A DNA stretch of 64,000 bases. Source: Salinispira sp. (GTDB lineage: Bacteria; Spirochaetota; Spirochaetia; DSM-27196; Salinispiraceae). Of this stretch, positions 55,995-64,000 are shown one piece after another. Positions within the stretch are counted from its first letter, which is position 1; every line of letters starts with the position of its first letter. The notes beneath the pieces were generated by a model. The model saw only the letters and a list, made by a program, of their open reading frames with translations, did no database searches and was not told the origin of the DNA. The DNA lies in the NCBI GenBank assembly GCA_965602015.1, contig OZ271918.1:2688001-2752000 (forward strand), written 5' to 3'. Made by a program: the position numbers and the translations under genes.

Positions 55995-57149
55995 TTATGA
56001 TAGCCGTCTGCGGTTTTCACCCTGGAACTGCCGGCGAAGGCTGCTTTCCCGCAAATCCTCCATTTCCGGGGTTCGCCGGGCCAGGCGGCCCCACAAATTA
56101 CGCAGGTCTTCCGGCGCTTCATCATCGGGGAAAATAACACTCCACATATTAATTATTTGGGGCTTGGTCGCCTGATGGATGAAGCTCCGGATTTTCCTGA
56201 TTATCCGCTCACTGTCATTGTCAAAGCTAAAGCGAAATAAGGGATGTGGTTTTTGTGGGTAACGCCCCGCGTCGAGGTCGCGGATAAAAGCGGCGAGCCG
56301 GGTCTTGAGAGTTCGTATGCTTGAGTAGCTGCCCCAGCCCGAGGCCGCGAGCATGCGGGCATTGAGGCGCTGTTCGTACTGACCCCTCTGGGGGATGGCA
56401 AAAACCGGCTTTTTGAGATACATGGCCTCGCTGAGGGTCTGGTGGCCTGCGCTGGTAATTATTGCTCGGCAACCGGCCACAGCCTCGGCATAGGATTCCC
56501 GGGGATCGGGAAAAAGCCGGTAGTTGTGTATTCCCATCTGATGAAGCCGTTTGAGAACCGCGGGCCGGTAACTGTCTTTCAAACTCACGAGAAAATAATC
56601 CCCTTGCCGCGTGCGAACCTCAGTCAATTCCCGGCGGATCATGGGCCCCACATCGCCGTTGTAAAACGAACAGAAAATCCGCTTGTCAAACACCGGCATC
56701 ATAAACCGGGCGGCGGCCTTAACCGCAAGGGCGTCGGGGGAAAAAGACGGACTGGTAATTACGATTCCCGGGTGATTAAACTGCAGCACCGGAATTCCAA
56801 TCCTTTTTGCAGCCACCGCGCTGAAGGGTTCATAGTCGTTTATCAGCACCGAAATATTATGGTCCTTTAGCATGCGGCTCATCCTCACGATTTTTGTTCT
56901 TAAGGTGAGCAGGGTCGGCAGGTTTTCAGTGAAGGTTCGGTAGTAGTCGATGCGGTCGGTGATCTTCACCAGATGCATATGGGGAACGGGGAGGACCAGG
57001 GCGTCGGGGGCCTTTTGGGATAGAAACCCGTGAACCGTCGGGGGCGCCAGAATTGCCACCTGGTAATCCCCGCAAAGAGCCTCGTAAAACGCCACTGTGC
57101 GGGAAACATGTCCGAATCCCTCTCCGTTGCAGGCAAGTCCGATCTTCAT
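55995..57149 (-). CDS. GT-B glycosyltransferase (MJ1255/GT28-like)
   Basis: GEGFGHVSR, NDYEP and SAGHQTLSEA..L.KP...IP..GQYEQ..NA motifs. Confidence 0.85.
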   Translation of the reverse strand: MKIGLACNGEGFGHVSRTVAFYEALCGDYQVAILAPPTVHGFLSQKAPDALVLPVPHMHLVKITDRIDYYRTFTENLPTLLTLRTKIVRMSRMLKDHNISVLINDYEPFSAVAAKRIGIPVLQFNHPGIVITSPSFSPDALAVKAAARFMMPVFDKRIFCSFYNGDVGPMIRRELTEVRTRQGDYFLVSLKDSYRPAVLKRLHQMGIHNYRLFPDPRESYAEAVAGCRAIITSAGHQTLSEAMYLKKPVFAIPQRGQYEQRLNARMLAASGWGSYSSIRTLKTRLAAFIRDLDAGRYPQKPHPLFRFSFDNDSERIIRKIRSFIHQATKPQIINMWSVIFPDDEAPEDLRNLWGRLARRTPEMEDLRESSLRRQFQGENRRRLS

Positions 57150-57335
57150 ATTCACCTCGGTTCGGCTAAGCGTTCGATTTATCTTTGCCTACCCGCTCGA
57201 CAGCCTAGAAGGATTCTGTCAGTATTGGATGAGTTCCGAGTTAAAAATCCATCATCGGCTCCGGCTCCCCGGAAAACTCCGGGCCCATTGGGCGTGCCGG
57301 GCGCAGTTCAACAACACAGCCAGAGGTGACCTTCG

Positions 57336-58238
57336 GTGTTTTTTTATGATCGCGATATTGACAACTCCATCATCGACGAATACCAGCTCGACGGCCCTAA
57401 GGGGCGGCAACTATTCCTCAAGGAAATCGCCGATGAACTCCAGGTTTTTCCCGAGGACTACCGGCTGTTCGGTCCGTATTGGTGGTTTATAAAGGATCAG
57501 CTCAGACGGGCAGGAATTGCCCGAAACGCATGGTTCCACCTTTCGCCGGCGGACGGCGAAACCCTGGAGGCCTTGTCGGACAAACCGAAGGCCCTGGTGC
57601 TTGCGGCGGCGCTTCAGTACCTGCGGATGCTTCAGGAGGATCCCCAACCCCTCACAGAAGATGAAAAAGCCCAGCATTTTTGGGAATCCGGCCGGGAAGG
57701 CCGGATCATCACCATCGAGGACAGCGGATTATCGCTGCAACCGGATCTTTTCGCCGATTTGGAAAAGCACGAGATCAGAACCCGGGATTTCCTCAACATG
57801 CCGGATAACTACATTCCAAGAATCTGGAAGGAGCGGGGCCTGCTGCGCAAAGAAGAGGGGAAGCCCTTTTCCGCATACCGATGTTTCCTCAGGTACCTGG
57901 GCACCGCGGCAGACGAACAGGCGAAGGCCGATGCCTGGCTTCTCATCGGCATCCTGTTCTTCGAACAGGGTCACTTCCCCAAGGCGGTTTTTGCATTTTC
58001 GAATGCCTACGACCGGGACACCCAGGATTGGATATTGGCCCACCTGGCGGAGGCCCGGGTCTCAAATGGCGAACTTCGGGACGGGCTCCAGCTTTTCGAA
58101 CAGCTGGTGCAGCGGATGCCCGGCAATCCCGAATACCGCCAACGCCTGGAGGAACTCAGGAGACGGGCGGATCAGCCCGTGGAGCTGGAAGAAATCAACG
58201 AACTACCCTTCCATGCGTTTAAGCGAAGCACCGGATAA
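57336..58238 (+). CDS. TPR-containing hypothetical protein
   Basis: GTG start after GAGGTG; C-terminal TPR repeats (AWLLIGILFFEQGHFPKAVFAF). Confidence 0.75.
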   Translation: MFFYDRDIDNSIIDEYQLDGPKGRQLFLKEIADELQVFPEDYRLFGPYWWFIKDQLRRAGIARNAWFHLSPADGETLEALSDKPKALVLAAALQYLRMLQEDPQPLTEDEKAQHFWESGREGRIITIEDSGLSLQPDLFADLEKHEIRTRDFLNMPDNYIPRIWKERGLLRKEEGKPFSAYRCFLRYLGTAADEQAKADAWLLIGILFFEQGHFPKAVFAFSNAYDRDTQDWILAHLAEARVSNGELRDGLQLFEQLVQRMPGNPEYRQRLEELRRRADQPVELEEINELPFHAFKRSTG

Positions 58239-59261
58239 CTCCTCCAGGAGCGCTTCGCTGTCTTCCCAACCAAGGCAGGCGTCTGTGATGCTCTGACCGT
58301 ATTTCAGCTGGTCGAGCACCGCGAGGGGCTGCTTCCCCTCGACGAGATTACTTTCAATCATTAGTCCGAAGATCTCGCTGCCGCCGCCGGCGATCTGTTC
58401 AGCCAGATTCCGGCCAACGTCCATCTGACGGCAATGGTCCTTCATGGAATTGCCGTGACTGCAGTCGATCATGAGTCTGGGGCGAAGCCCCTCTCTCCGG
58501 AGGGACGCACAGTGCGTTGCAATAGACTCCCGATCAAAATTGGTGGCCCCTCCGCCCCCCCGGAGAATCAGATGGGCATAATCATTGCCGCTGGTCTCGA
58601 CGATTGCTGCGACGCTCTGTTTAGTGACTGAGAGGAAGTGGTGGGAACCCGCGCTGGCGTGTATGGCATCTATTGCCGTTGTCACCGAGCCGTCGGTGCC
58701 GTTTTTGAAACCAACGGGCATACTCAATCCCGATGCCAGTTCGCGGTGTATCTGGCTCTCGGTCGTGCGGGCGCCGATGGCTCCCCAGCTAACCGCGTCG
58801 GCAATGAACTGCGGAGTTATGGTATCGAGAAACTCGCAGCCGCAGGGCATGCCCATCTCACCGAGATCGACCAAAAGCTGCCTGGCCAGATGCAGCCCCT
58901 TGTTGATCTCGAAACTATCGTCGAGATAGGGGTCGTTGATCAGACCCTTCCACCCTTTTCGGGTCCTGGGTTTCTCGAAGTACACCCGCATGACGATTTC
59001 CAGGGTATCCCGGTAGCGATGCCGAAGATCGCTGAGACGCCTCCCGTACTCCCTTGCAGCCCGGGTATCATGAATCGAACAGGGCCCGATGACCACCAGC
59101 AGCCTGCGGTCGCGTTCATCCATGATATTTTCGATGGCCTTTCGGGTTTCCGAAACCGTCCGCTCGCCGGTTTCGCTGAGGGGAATTTCCTCCATCAGTA
59201 TTGCCGGGGGAATGAGGGGCTTCAGCTGTTTGATTCTCAGGTCGTCTACGGGGAAATGCAC
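58203..59261 (-). CDS. aroG: 3-deoxy-7-phosphoheptulonate (DAHP) synthase, class I-alpha; isoform uncertain
   Basis: GPCSIHD, RVYFEKPRT, GARTTESQ and DCSHGNS motifs. Confidence 0.93.
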   Translation of the reverse strand: MHFPVDDLRIKQLKPLIPPAILMEEIPLSETGERTVSETRKAIENIMDERDRRLLVVIGPCSIHDTRAAREYGRRLSDLRHRYRDTLEIVMRVYFEKPRTRKGWKGLINDPYLDDSFEINKGLHLARQLLVDLGEMGMPCGCEFLDTITPQFIADAVSWGAIGARTTESQIHRELASGLSMPVGFKNGTDGSVTTAIDAIHASAGSHHFLSVTKQSVAAIVETSGNDYAHLILRGGGGATNFDRESIATHCASLRREGLRPRLMIDCSHGNSMKDHCRQMDVGRNLAEQIAGGGSEIFGLMIESNLVEGKQPLAVLDQLKYGQSITDACLGWEDSEALLEELSGASLKRMEG

Positions 59262-59305
59262 TGTGGGTACTCCTGGGTACCGGCCGCAGCGGCCGGGGTT
59301 GAGGG

Positions 59306-61432
59306 TCAGGCGTTCTGGCGTTCCCGGGCGAATTCCAGGAAGTGATCGCCGCTCAAGGGTTTGCTGTGATAAAACCCCTGGATAATATCACAATTATTGT
59401 TGAGCAGGAAGTTCAACTGTTCGGCATTATCCACGCCTTCGGCCACGACCCGGTACCCCATTCCCTGCACCATTGAAATAATGGCCTGCACCAGGGCGCT
59501 GTTCTGGCTGTCGAAGGGAAGGTCTATGACAAACGAGCGGTCGATTTTCACCGCCGCAATGGGAAGGCGCTTGAGGTATGAAAGACTTGAATAGCCCGTG
59601 CCGAAATCATCAATGGAAAATTTGAGGCCGATGTCCGCCATGTTCTGAAGTTTGCTGATCAGACCGTCCTGATCCTCAACCAGGGAGTTTTCCGTTATTT
59701 CAAGGTGGAGCGACCGGGGGTCGAGACTGTTCATCCTCAGGTTCGAAATAAGAGTGCGCTGGAGCTTACCGTCCCGCAGCTGCCGGGGGCTCAGATTAAT
59801 GCTCACCGGAATGCTCAACCCCCTCGAACGCCAAAGCACCAGGGTTTTGCAGGCCTCTTCGATGACCCAGGTACCGATGGGGATAATCAGTCCGGTTTCC
59901 TCGGCTACGGGGATAAACTCCGCGGGGCTAACGGACCCCAAAACCCCATGGTTCCAGCGCAGCAGTGCTTCGGCTCCGACAAGATTGCCGGCACCGTCCA
60001 GCTGCGGCTGATAATGAAGGCTGAGCTCTCTGCGATCGACCGCCTGACGCAGGTAATTAATCATCTGGATCTTGCCCACCGCCCGCTCCTGCATTGCCGG
60101 AGTGTAAAAACGGTAGGTGTTGCGGTCGAGTTTCGCTTCCTGGAGAGCTTGATCGGCGTGACTGGTAATATCCGCAATTGAAAGGCCGTCCCGGGGGAAC
60201 ATGGAAATACCAATGCTGGCGCTGAGATAGACGCTGTGCCAATCCCATTCGAATTGCTTCTGAAAAACTTCAAGCAGCCGTTCACTTATCATCGCCACAT
60301 CAAGTTCACTGCCGACCTCGGAAATGAGAATTCCGAACTCGTCGCCTCCGGTGCGGTACAACCGTCCCTGATTCCCCAGGGAAGCGGAAAAGCGCTTCGC
60401 GATGGCATTAAGAATTTCATTTCCCGCGTCATTGCCGAGGCTTTCGTTGATATTTCCGAAATAATCAATGTCTATCTGAAGAACGGCGTGAAGCGGTGTT
60501 TGCCCCCCAATAGCGCCCTGGTTACGGCATATTTCATTCAGTGCGCTGAAAAACTGACGCCGGTTTTCCAGTCTGGTCAAGGGGTCATGGGTTTCCAGAT
60601 AGGCAAGTTCAGACTCGATATTTCTCGTACGGCTCGCCCGGTCCAGGTACTCCCTCACCAGAATGAAGGCCATCATGATGGTCAGCAGGGTGAAGGCTGC
60701 GCCGAGGAAACTCTGTTCCAGCCCTCTCACGGGGAACATGTCCAGAATATAGACGGTCAAAAGGAGGGCCAGGCCGACGCTGATGCTGATGCGCAGCAGG
60801 AGGTCCCTTTTCAAGCCCTTGCGGAACAGGCTTATGGCCATGTAGTAGCCGGCGCCTGAAACAAGCAGGGCGTCGCGAATCCAGGCAAGGACTCCCCGTG
60901 ATGCCACACCCTCAGGGCCAATCGTCACGATACCACGGGGAAACGCCGCCCCGGCGCCGATGAGGACGGCGGACGCGATCATTACGGTCACCAGAACCAG
61001 CTTGTCTAATCCGGTCATGACGGTCTGCGTCGCGGAGCTGATCAGGGAGCCTGTTTGCGCTACCTGTAATTCGGCGGTAAACAGATCCTCCCGACGGAGA
61101 TACACCAGCAGCGCGAACAGTAGAAGCATGGAATTAATGAGCAGGTGCTCCAGATTGTGAAGCCGCAATGACGAATAGGGAGTGCCGCCGGCGGCCTGAA
61201 ACAGGTTGTACATTTTAATCAATGGAAATGCGCCGGCCAGAGTGCTGATAAGCACAGCGACGAAATGGAACCACTTGCGGGATTTATACAGCAGGTAGCT
61301 GAAGAACGCCGTGGTGAAGAGGAGAAGCCCAATCTGTATGGACAGCCTGATTATGGCACCGATGCCGCCCGAGGAGAAAAAAGTATATATATTCACGAAA
61401 AAACGTTCCGATGAAGTACGCTGCCACCGCAT
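59306..61432 (-). CDS. Membrane-bound GGDEF-EAL protein
   Basis: About 7 N-terminal TM segments; RTGGDEF, EALLRW, DDFGTGYSS and EGVD motifs; start uncertain. Confidence 0.9.
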   Translation of the reverse strand: MRWQRTSSERFFVNIYTFFSSGGIGAIIRLSIQIGLLLFTTAFFSYLLYKSRKWFHFVAVLISTLAGAFPLIKMYNLFQAAGGTPYSSLRLHNLEHLLINSMLLLFALLVYLRREDLFTAELQVAQTGSLISSATQTVMTGLDKLVLVTVMIASAVLIGAGAAFPRGIVTIGPEGVASRGVLAWIRDALLVSGAGYYMAISLFRKGLKRDLLLRISISVGLALLLTVYILDMFPVRGLEQSFLGAAFTLLTIMMAFILVREYLDRASRTRNIESELAYLETHDPLTRLENRRQFFSALNEICRNQGAIGGQTPLHAVLQIDIDYFGNINESLGNDAGNEILNAIAKRFSASLGNQGRLYRTGGDEFGILISEVGSELDVAMISERLLEVFQKQFEWDWHSVYLSASIGISMFPRDGLSIADITSHADQALQEAKLDRNTYRFYTPAMQERAVGKIQMINYLRQAVDRRELSLHYQPQLDGAGNLVGAEALLRWNHGVLGSVSPAEFIPVAEETGLIIPIGTWVIEEACKTLVLWRSRGLSIPVSINLSPRQLRDGKLQRTLISNLRMNSLDPRSLHLEITENSLVEDQDGLISKLQNMADIGLKFSIDDFGTGYSSLSYLKRLPIAAVKIDRSFVIDLPFDSQNSALVQAIISMVQGMGYRVVAEGVDNAEQLNFLLNNNCDIIQGFYHSKPLSGDHFLEFARERQNA

Positions 61433-61506
61433 CTCGCAGCGAAGGTATTTCCCACCGGCCTCCGCTACAAGTATCGGCAGCTATCCGGCAGAATGGCCGA
61501 ATAATA

Positions 61507-64000
61507 TCAGATTTCTATTTCGATGTCACCGTTCGGATAGGAGCAGCAGCTCAGTATGGTTCCCGAATCAGCGCTCCGTCGGTCGAGAATATTCGGTTCA
61601 TCCATTATTACCCGGCCGGACACCAATGTGCAGCGGCATTCGCCGCATCGTCCGACCAGGCAGTTGCCGCGCAGCCTCCGGCCGGCCTTTGTGAGTCCGT
61701 CCAATACGCTCTCTCCGGGATTTATGGTCACGAACGAATTGTCGGGCAAAAGCCGCATTTCAGCCCTGTGAGCCGGACGCCGGGAGCGGCTGTGCGCCGG
61801 GGTGAATGCTTCCCGGTGAATGGCGAGATCGCTGCCCGCTGCGGACAGTCCCGCGCTCATGATTTCGACGAAATCCGCTCCGCCGCATATATACGCCGTG
61901 GACAAGTCTCCGCTGAGATCCTGCACATCGGAAACATCGATTCGCCGTTGGTGAACACCTACTCTTCCTGCCTCAAACGCAGACAGCCAGACGGGACTCC
62001 CGCCGGCCGGGGCTGCGGTGCTCGGGCTCCCGGCGCTCGGGGCAGCAGCGTCCGGGGCAGCATAGCCCGGAGCTGTGGCGCCCGGGCTCCCGGCGCCGAC
62101 AAACAGGTCGATCTTTAGCCGAGGCAGTCGTTTGGCGATGGTTTCCAATCCGGAGTAAAACGGCCAGTATGCCAGATCGCCGGTGGCGACCAATAATCTG
62201 CCTCCCTTCTGAGGGACAGCCTCCAAGCTTCTGGCGTGCAGCATGGACAATACGGGAGCGAATCCCGCTCCCGCTGCGATAAACAGTTCTCCGGAAATCG
62301 AATTTTCTCCGAGGGTAAAATCGCCGTGAGCCGGTCCTCCCCGAAGCTTTTGGCCAACCCGGGCGTCCTCGGCAAAGAACTCCCATGCAAGCCCACCTTC
62401 CCTCCGTTGGATGACGATTGCGTCCCGGGGACAGGTCTCGACGGAATAGGCGCGAAGGAACGAACGGCCCCGGTGGGTAATGCGGAAGGTTATGCATTGT
62501 CCCGGTTTGGCAATCACCGCAGAACCGTCTGACCGGGAAATGCCGACCCGCAGGAACTCGTCGCCAAATCGCTCTATGTAATCTATTCGATAGAGCACGG
62601 GCACATCGGATGATCCTGATTTTTTTCGGAAGTACCAGGCTGCACCAAGAAATAACAACTCTCCGCCCACGCCCAGCGCCAAAATGCCCCCAGCCCTGGG
62701 ATCCCAGCCGTAGCTATGAAGACCTGTAGCCATCAGATTGACGCCGAACCAGGAAAACAATAGCACAATCAAGGATGCGGCCGAGCTCAGTGATAGGGCA
62801 TACTCGCTTAATTTTTCCCCGGGGCGGGCATGAAGAAGGAGCGAGAGCCAGATGATAAGAAGAAGTGCGGCATTCTCTTTCGGATCCCAACCCCAGAAGC
62901 GTCCCCAGCTTTGGTCGGCCCAAATTCCGCCGAGCATGGTGCCGACGAACATAAACAGCAGGGCCAGGCGGAGACTGAGCAGAAGACCGCGATATCTGGC
63001 AGCGGCGTTTCCCGGACCGTCGGGAGATCTGATAATGGAAACCGCATGGACATGCCCGATGGCCGAGGCAAGGAAAACCAGGGCATAACCGGTGATAATT
63101 ACCAGTACATGGACGCTGAGCCAGAAATTGCTGTCGAGAACGGCCTGGACAACTGCCAGGTCATCTCCGCCGGAAATAAATCCCGGTGAAACAAGAAGGA
63201 CAAGAGAAGCGCACAAAAGTACCGCCGCCTGCTGCCTCGAATTACGTACCCCCAACACGATCCCTGCTACGGGCATGAGAAAACCGACCAACAGCAGGCT
63301 GGAGTAAAGACTGGTGACCGGCGGCCTTCCGGTAATAAAAATGCGCAGCAGCAGTCCGGACAAGCTGAGCAGCACCCCAAGGGCGACCCCGGCAGGAGCC
63401 GCAGATTGCACTGCCCTCACCAACCATCGGCTTCCGGAGGTATATGCCGCGGGAGCCCTGTTGCGGGAAGCCAGGTAGATGTACATCAGCGCCGAGGCGG
63501 CAAATAGCAAACCCGCAAGCCGGTATGGCCGCAGATTTCGATACCATCCCTCGGCCCGCAGCCTGGCTGATGAGAGGTCGGTACTGTCTGCCTGAAGCGT
63601 TATTATGCGGGAAATATAGTCGGGGGATAAAATCCCTGAGGACTGGAGGATTGAGTCTCTATCGCTGGGAGGCAGGGAGGGATCGAGGGGATGATACCAC
63701 AGACCGTCTCCGCCGGGCATTACCCGGAGGGGATGCCCCCGGTAAAAATCCGGCTCAATCGATTCCGGATTATCGATCCTGAGAAACTCGAGACTCCCCG
63801 CCAATCGCAAAACAGTTTCGAGCCGGGCATCCAAAAGCAACAGTTCATCGGAAAGAGGATCCTCTCCCGGAGCTAGCCCAGCAGCCAGCGCGGCAATGTT
63901 CTCGATTGCCGGAAGAAAGTCCGCCGCCGAGTAACGCCCGGTCGGCCGATCCGGAAGGCCGATAAGGGTAAACAAGTCCGGATGATTGACCTTGATCACA
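61507..64000 (-). CDS. ccsA: Cytochrome c biogenesis protein CcsA fused to an FAD/NAD(P)-binding reductase and a 2Fe-2S ferredoxin; 5' end outside the window
   Basis: WADQSWGRFWGWDPKE WWD domain; His in WLSVHV, LLHAR and GLHSYG; then PGQ, RAYS, AAGAGFAP, YICG, EAF and C-x4-C-x2-C...C motifs, all in one frame. Confidence 0.85.
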   Translation of the reverse strand, partial: VIKVNHPDLFTLIGLPDRPTGRYSAADFLPAIENIAALAAGLAPGEDPLSDELLLLDARLETVLRLAGSLEFLRIDNPESIEPDFYRGHPLRVMPGGDGLWYHPLDPSLPPSDRDSILQSSGILSPDYISRIITLQADSTDLSSARLRAEGWYRNLRPYRLAGLLFAASALMYIYLASRNRAPAAYTSGSRWLVRAVQSAAPAGVALGVLLSLSGLLLRIFITGRPPVTSLYSSLLLVGFLMPVAGIVLGVRNSRQQAAVLLCASLVLLVSPGFISGGDDLAVVQAVLDSNFWLSVHVLVIITGYALVFLASAIGHVHAVSIIRSPDGPGNAAARYRGLLLSLRLALLFMFVGTMLGGIWADQSWGRFWGWDPKENAALLLIIWLSLLLHARPGEKLSEYALSLSSAASLIVLLFSWFGVNLMATGLHSYGWDPRAGGILALGVGGELLFLGAAWYFRKKSGSSDVPVLYRIDYIERFGDEFLRVGISRSDGSAVIAKPGQCITFRITHRGRSFLRAYSVETCPRDAIVIQRREGGLAWEFFAEDARVGQKLRGGPAHGDFTLGENSISGELFIAAGAGFAPVLSMLHARSLEAVPQKGGRLLVATGDLAYWPFYSGLETIAKRLPRLKIDLFVGAGSPGATAPGYAAPDAAAPSAGSPSTAAPAGGSPVWLSAFEAGRVGVHQRRIDVSDVQDLSGDLSTAYICGGADFVEIMSAGLSAAGSDLAIHREAFTPAHSRSRRPAHRAEMRLLPDNSFVTINPGESVLDGLTKAGRRLRGNCLVGRCGECRCTLVSGRVIMDEPNILDRRSADSGTILSCCSYPNGDIEIEI
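61990..62094 (-). repeat. Degenerate 15-bp coding minisatellite (7 x 5 aa)
   Basis: Encodes AGSPG-ATAPG-YAAPD-AAAPS-AGSPS-TAAPA-GGSPV. Confidence 0.75.

Noticed and set aside
57150..57335. Possible structured ncRNA or riboswitch in the divergent intergenic region
   Set aside because: GC-rich, but I could identify no convincing stem set or known riboswitch motif by eye
58203..58238. Convergent 3' overlaps (TPR gene with DAHP synthase; also 34407-34422)
   Set aside because: Short tail-to-tail overlaps are common in compact genomes
61471..61478. GCCGATAC sigma28 -10 element upstream of the GGDEF-EAL gene
   Set aside because: No -35-like element at 15-16 bp spacing

Overview
Gene-dense, high-GC bacterial chromosomal segment, most likely from a free-living Spirochaetales member. 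That assignment is inferred from FAxGxxE-type signal peptides, CheX and the overall gene content; it is not proven. I saw no rRNA, tRNA, IS element, prophage or CRISPR array. Left to right the window holds: a truncated membrane-fusion lipoprotein plus an ABC solute-binding lipoprotein; corA; a complete chemosensory cluster (cheW, J-domain protein, MinD/FlhG-like ATPase, sensor-less MCP, cheY, dual-Hpt cheA, cheR, cheB, cheD, cheY, cheX); msrC-like GAF and Cys/Met PLP lyase genes; a TPR-GGDEF cyclase; an MFS transporter; pstSCAB-phoU; a REC/HD-GYP protein; a degenerate class III cyclase; proAB followed by a 4x52-bp tandem repeat; IMPase, USP, Fe-ADH-like and CpdA-like genes; rseC-rnfBCDGEA; a pullulanase; an ABC-2 exporter; sbcB coupled to a 914-aa membrane-anchored coiled coil; an adenylate cyclase heading two tandem pairs of putative outer-membrane protein plus lipoprotein; a glycosyltransferase; a TPR protein; DAHP synthase; a GGDEF-EAL protein; and, at the right edge, a CcsA cytochrome c synthase fused to an FAD/NAD(P) reductase and a 2Fe-2S ferredoxin. 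The strongest novelty candidates are the CcsA-reductase-ferredoxin fusion, the MshEN-like (c-di-GMP-binding-type) repeats in both CheA and the neighbouring J-domain protein, the pseudo-cyclase, and the cyclase/outer-membrane operon. All family assignments come from motifs recognised by eye; no database search was run.
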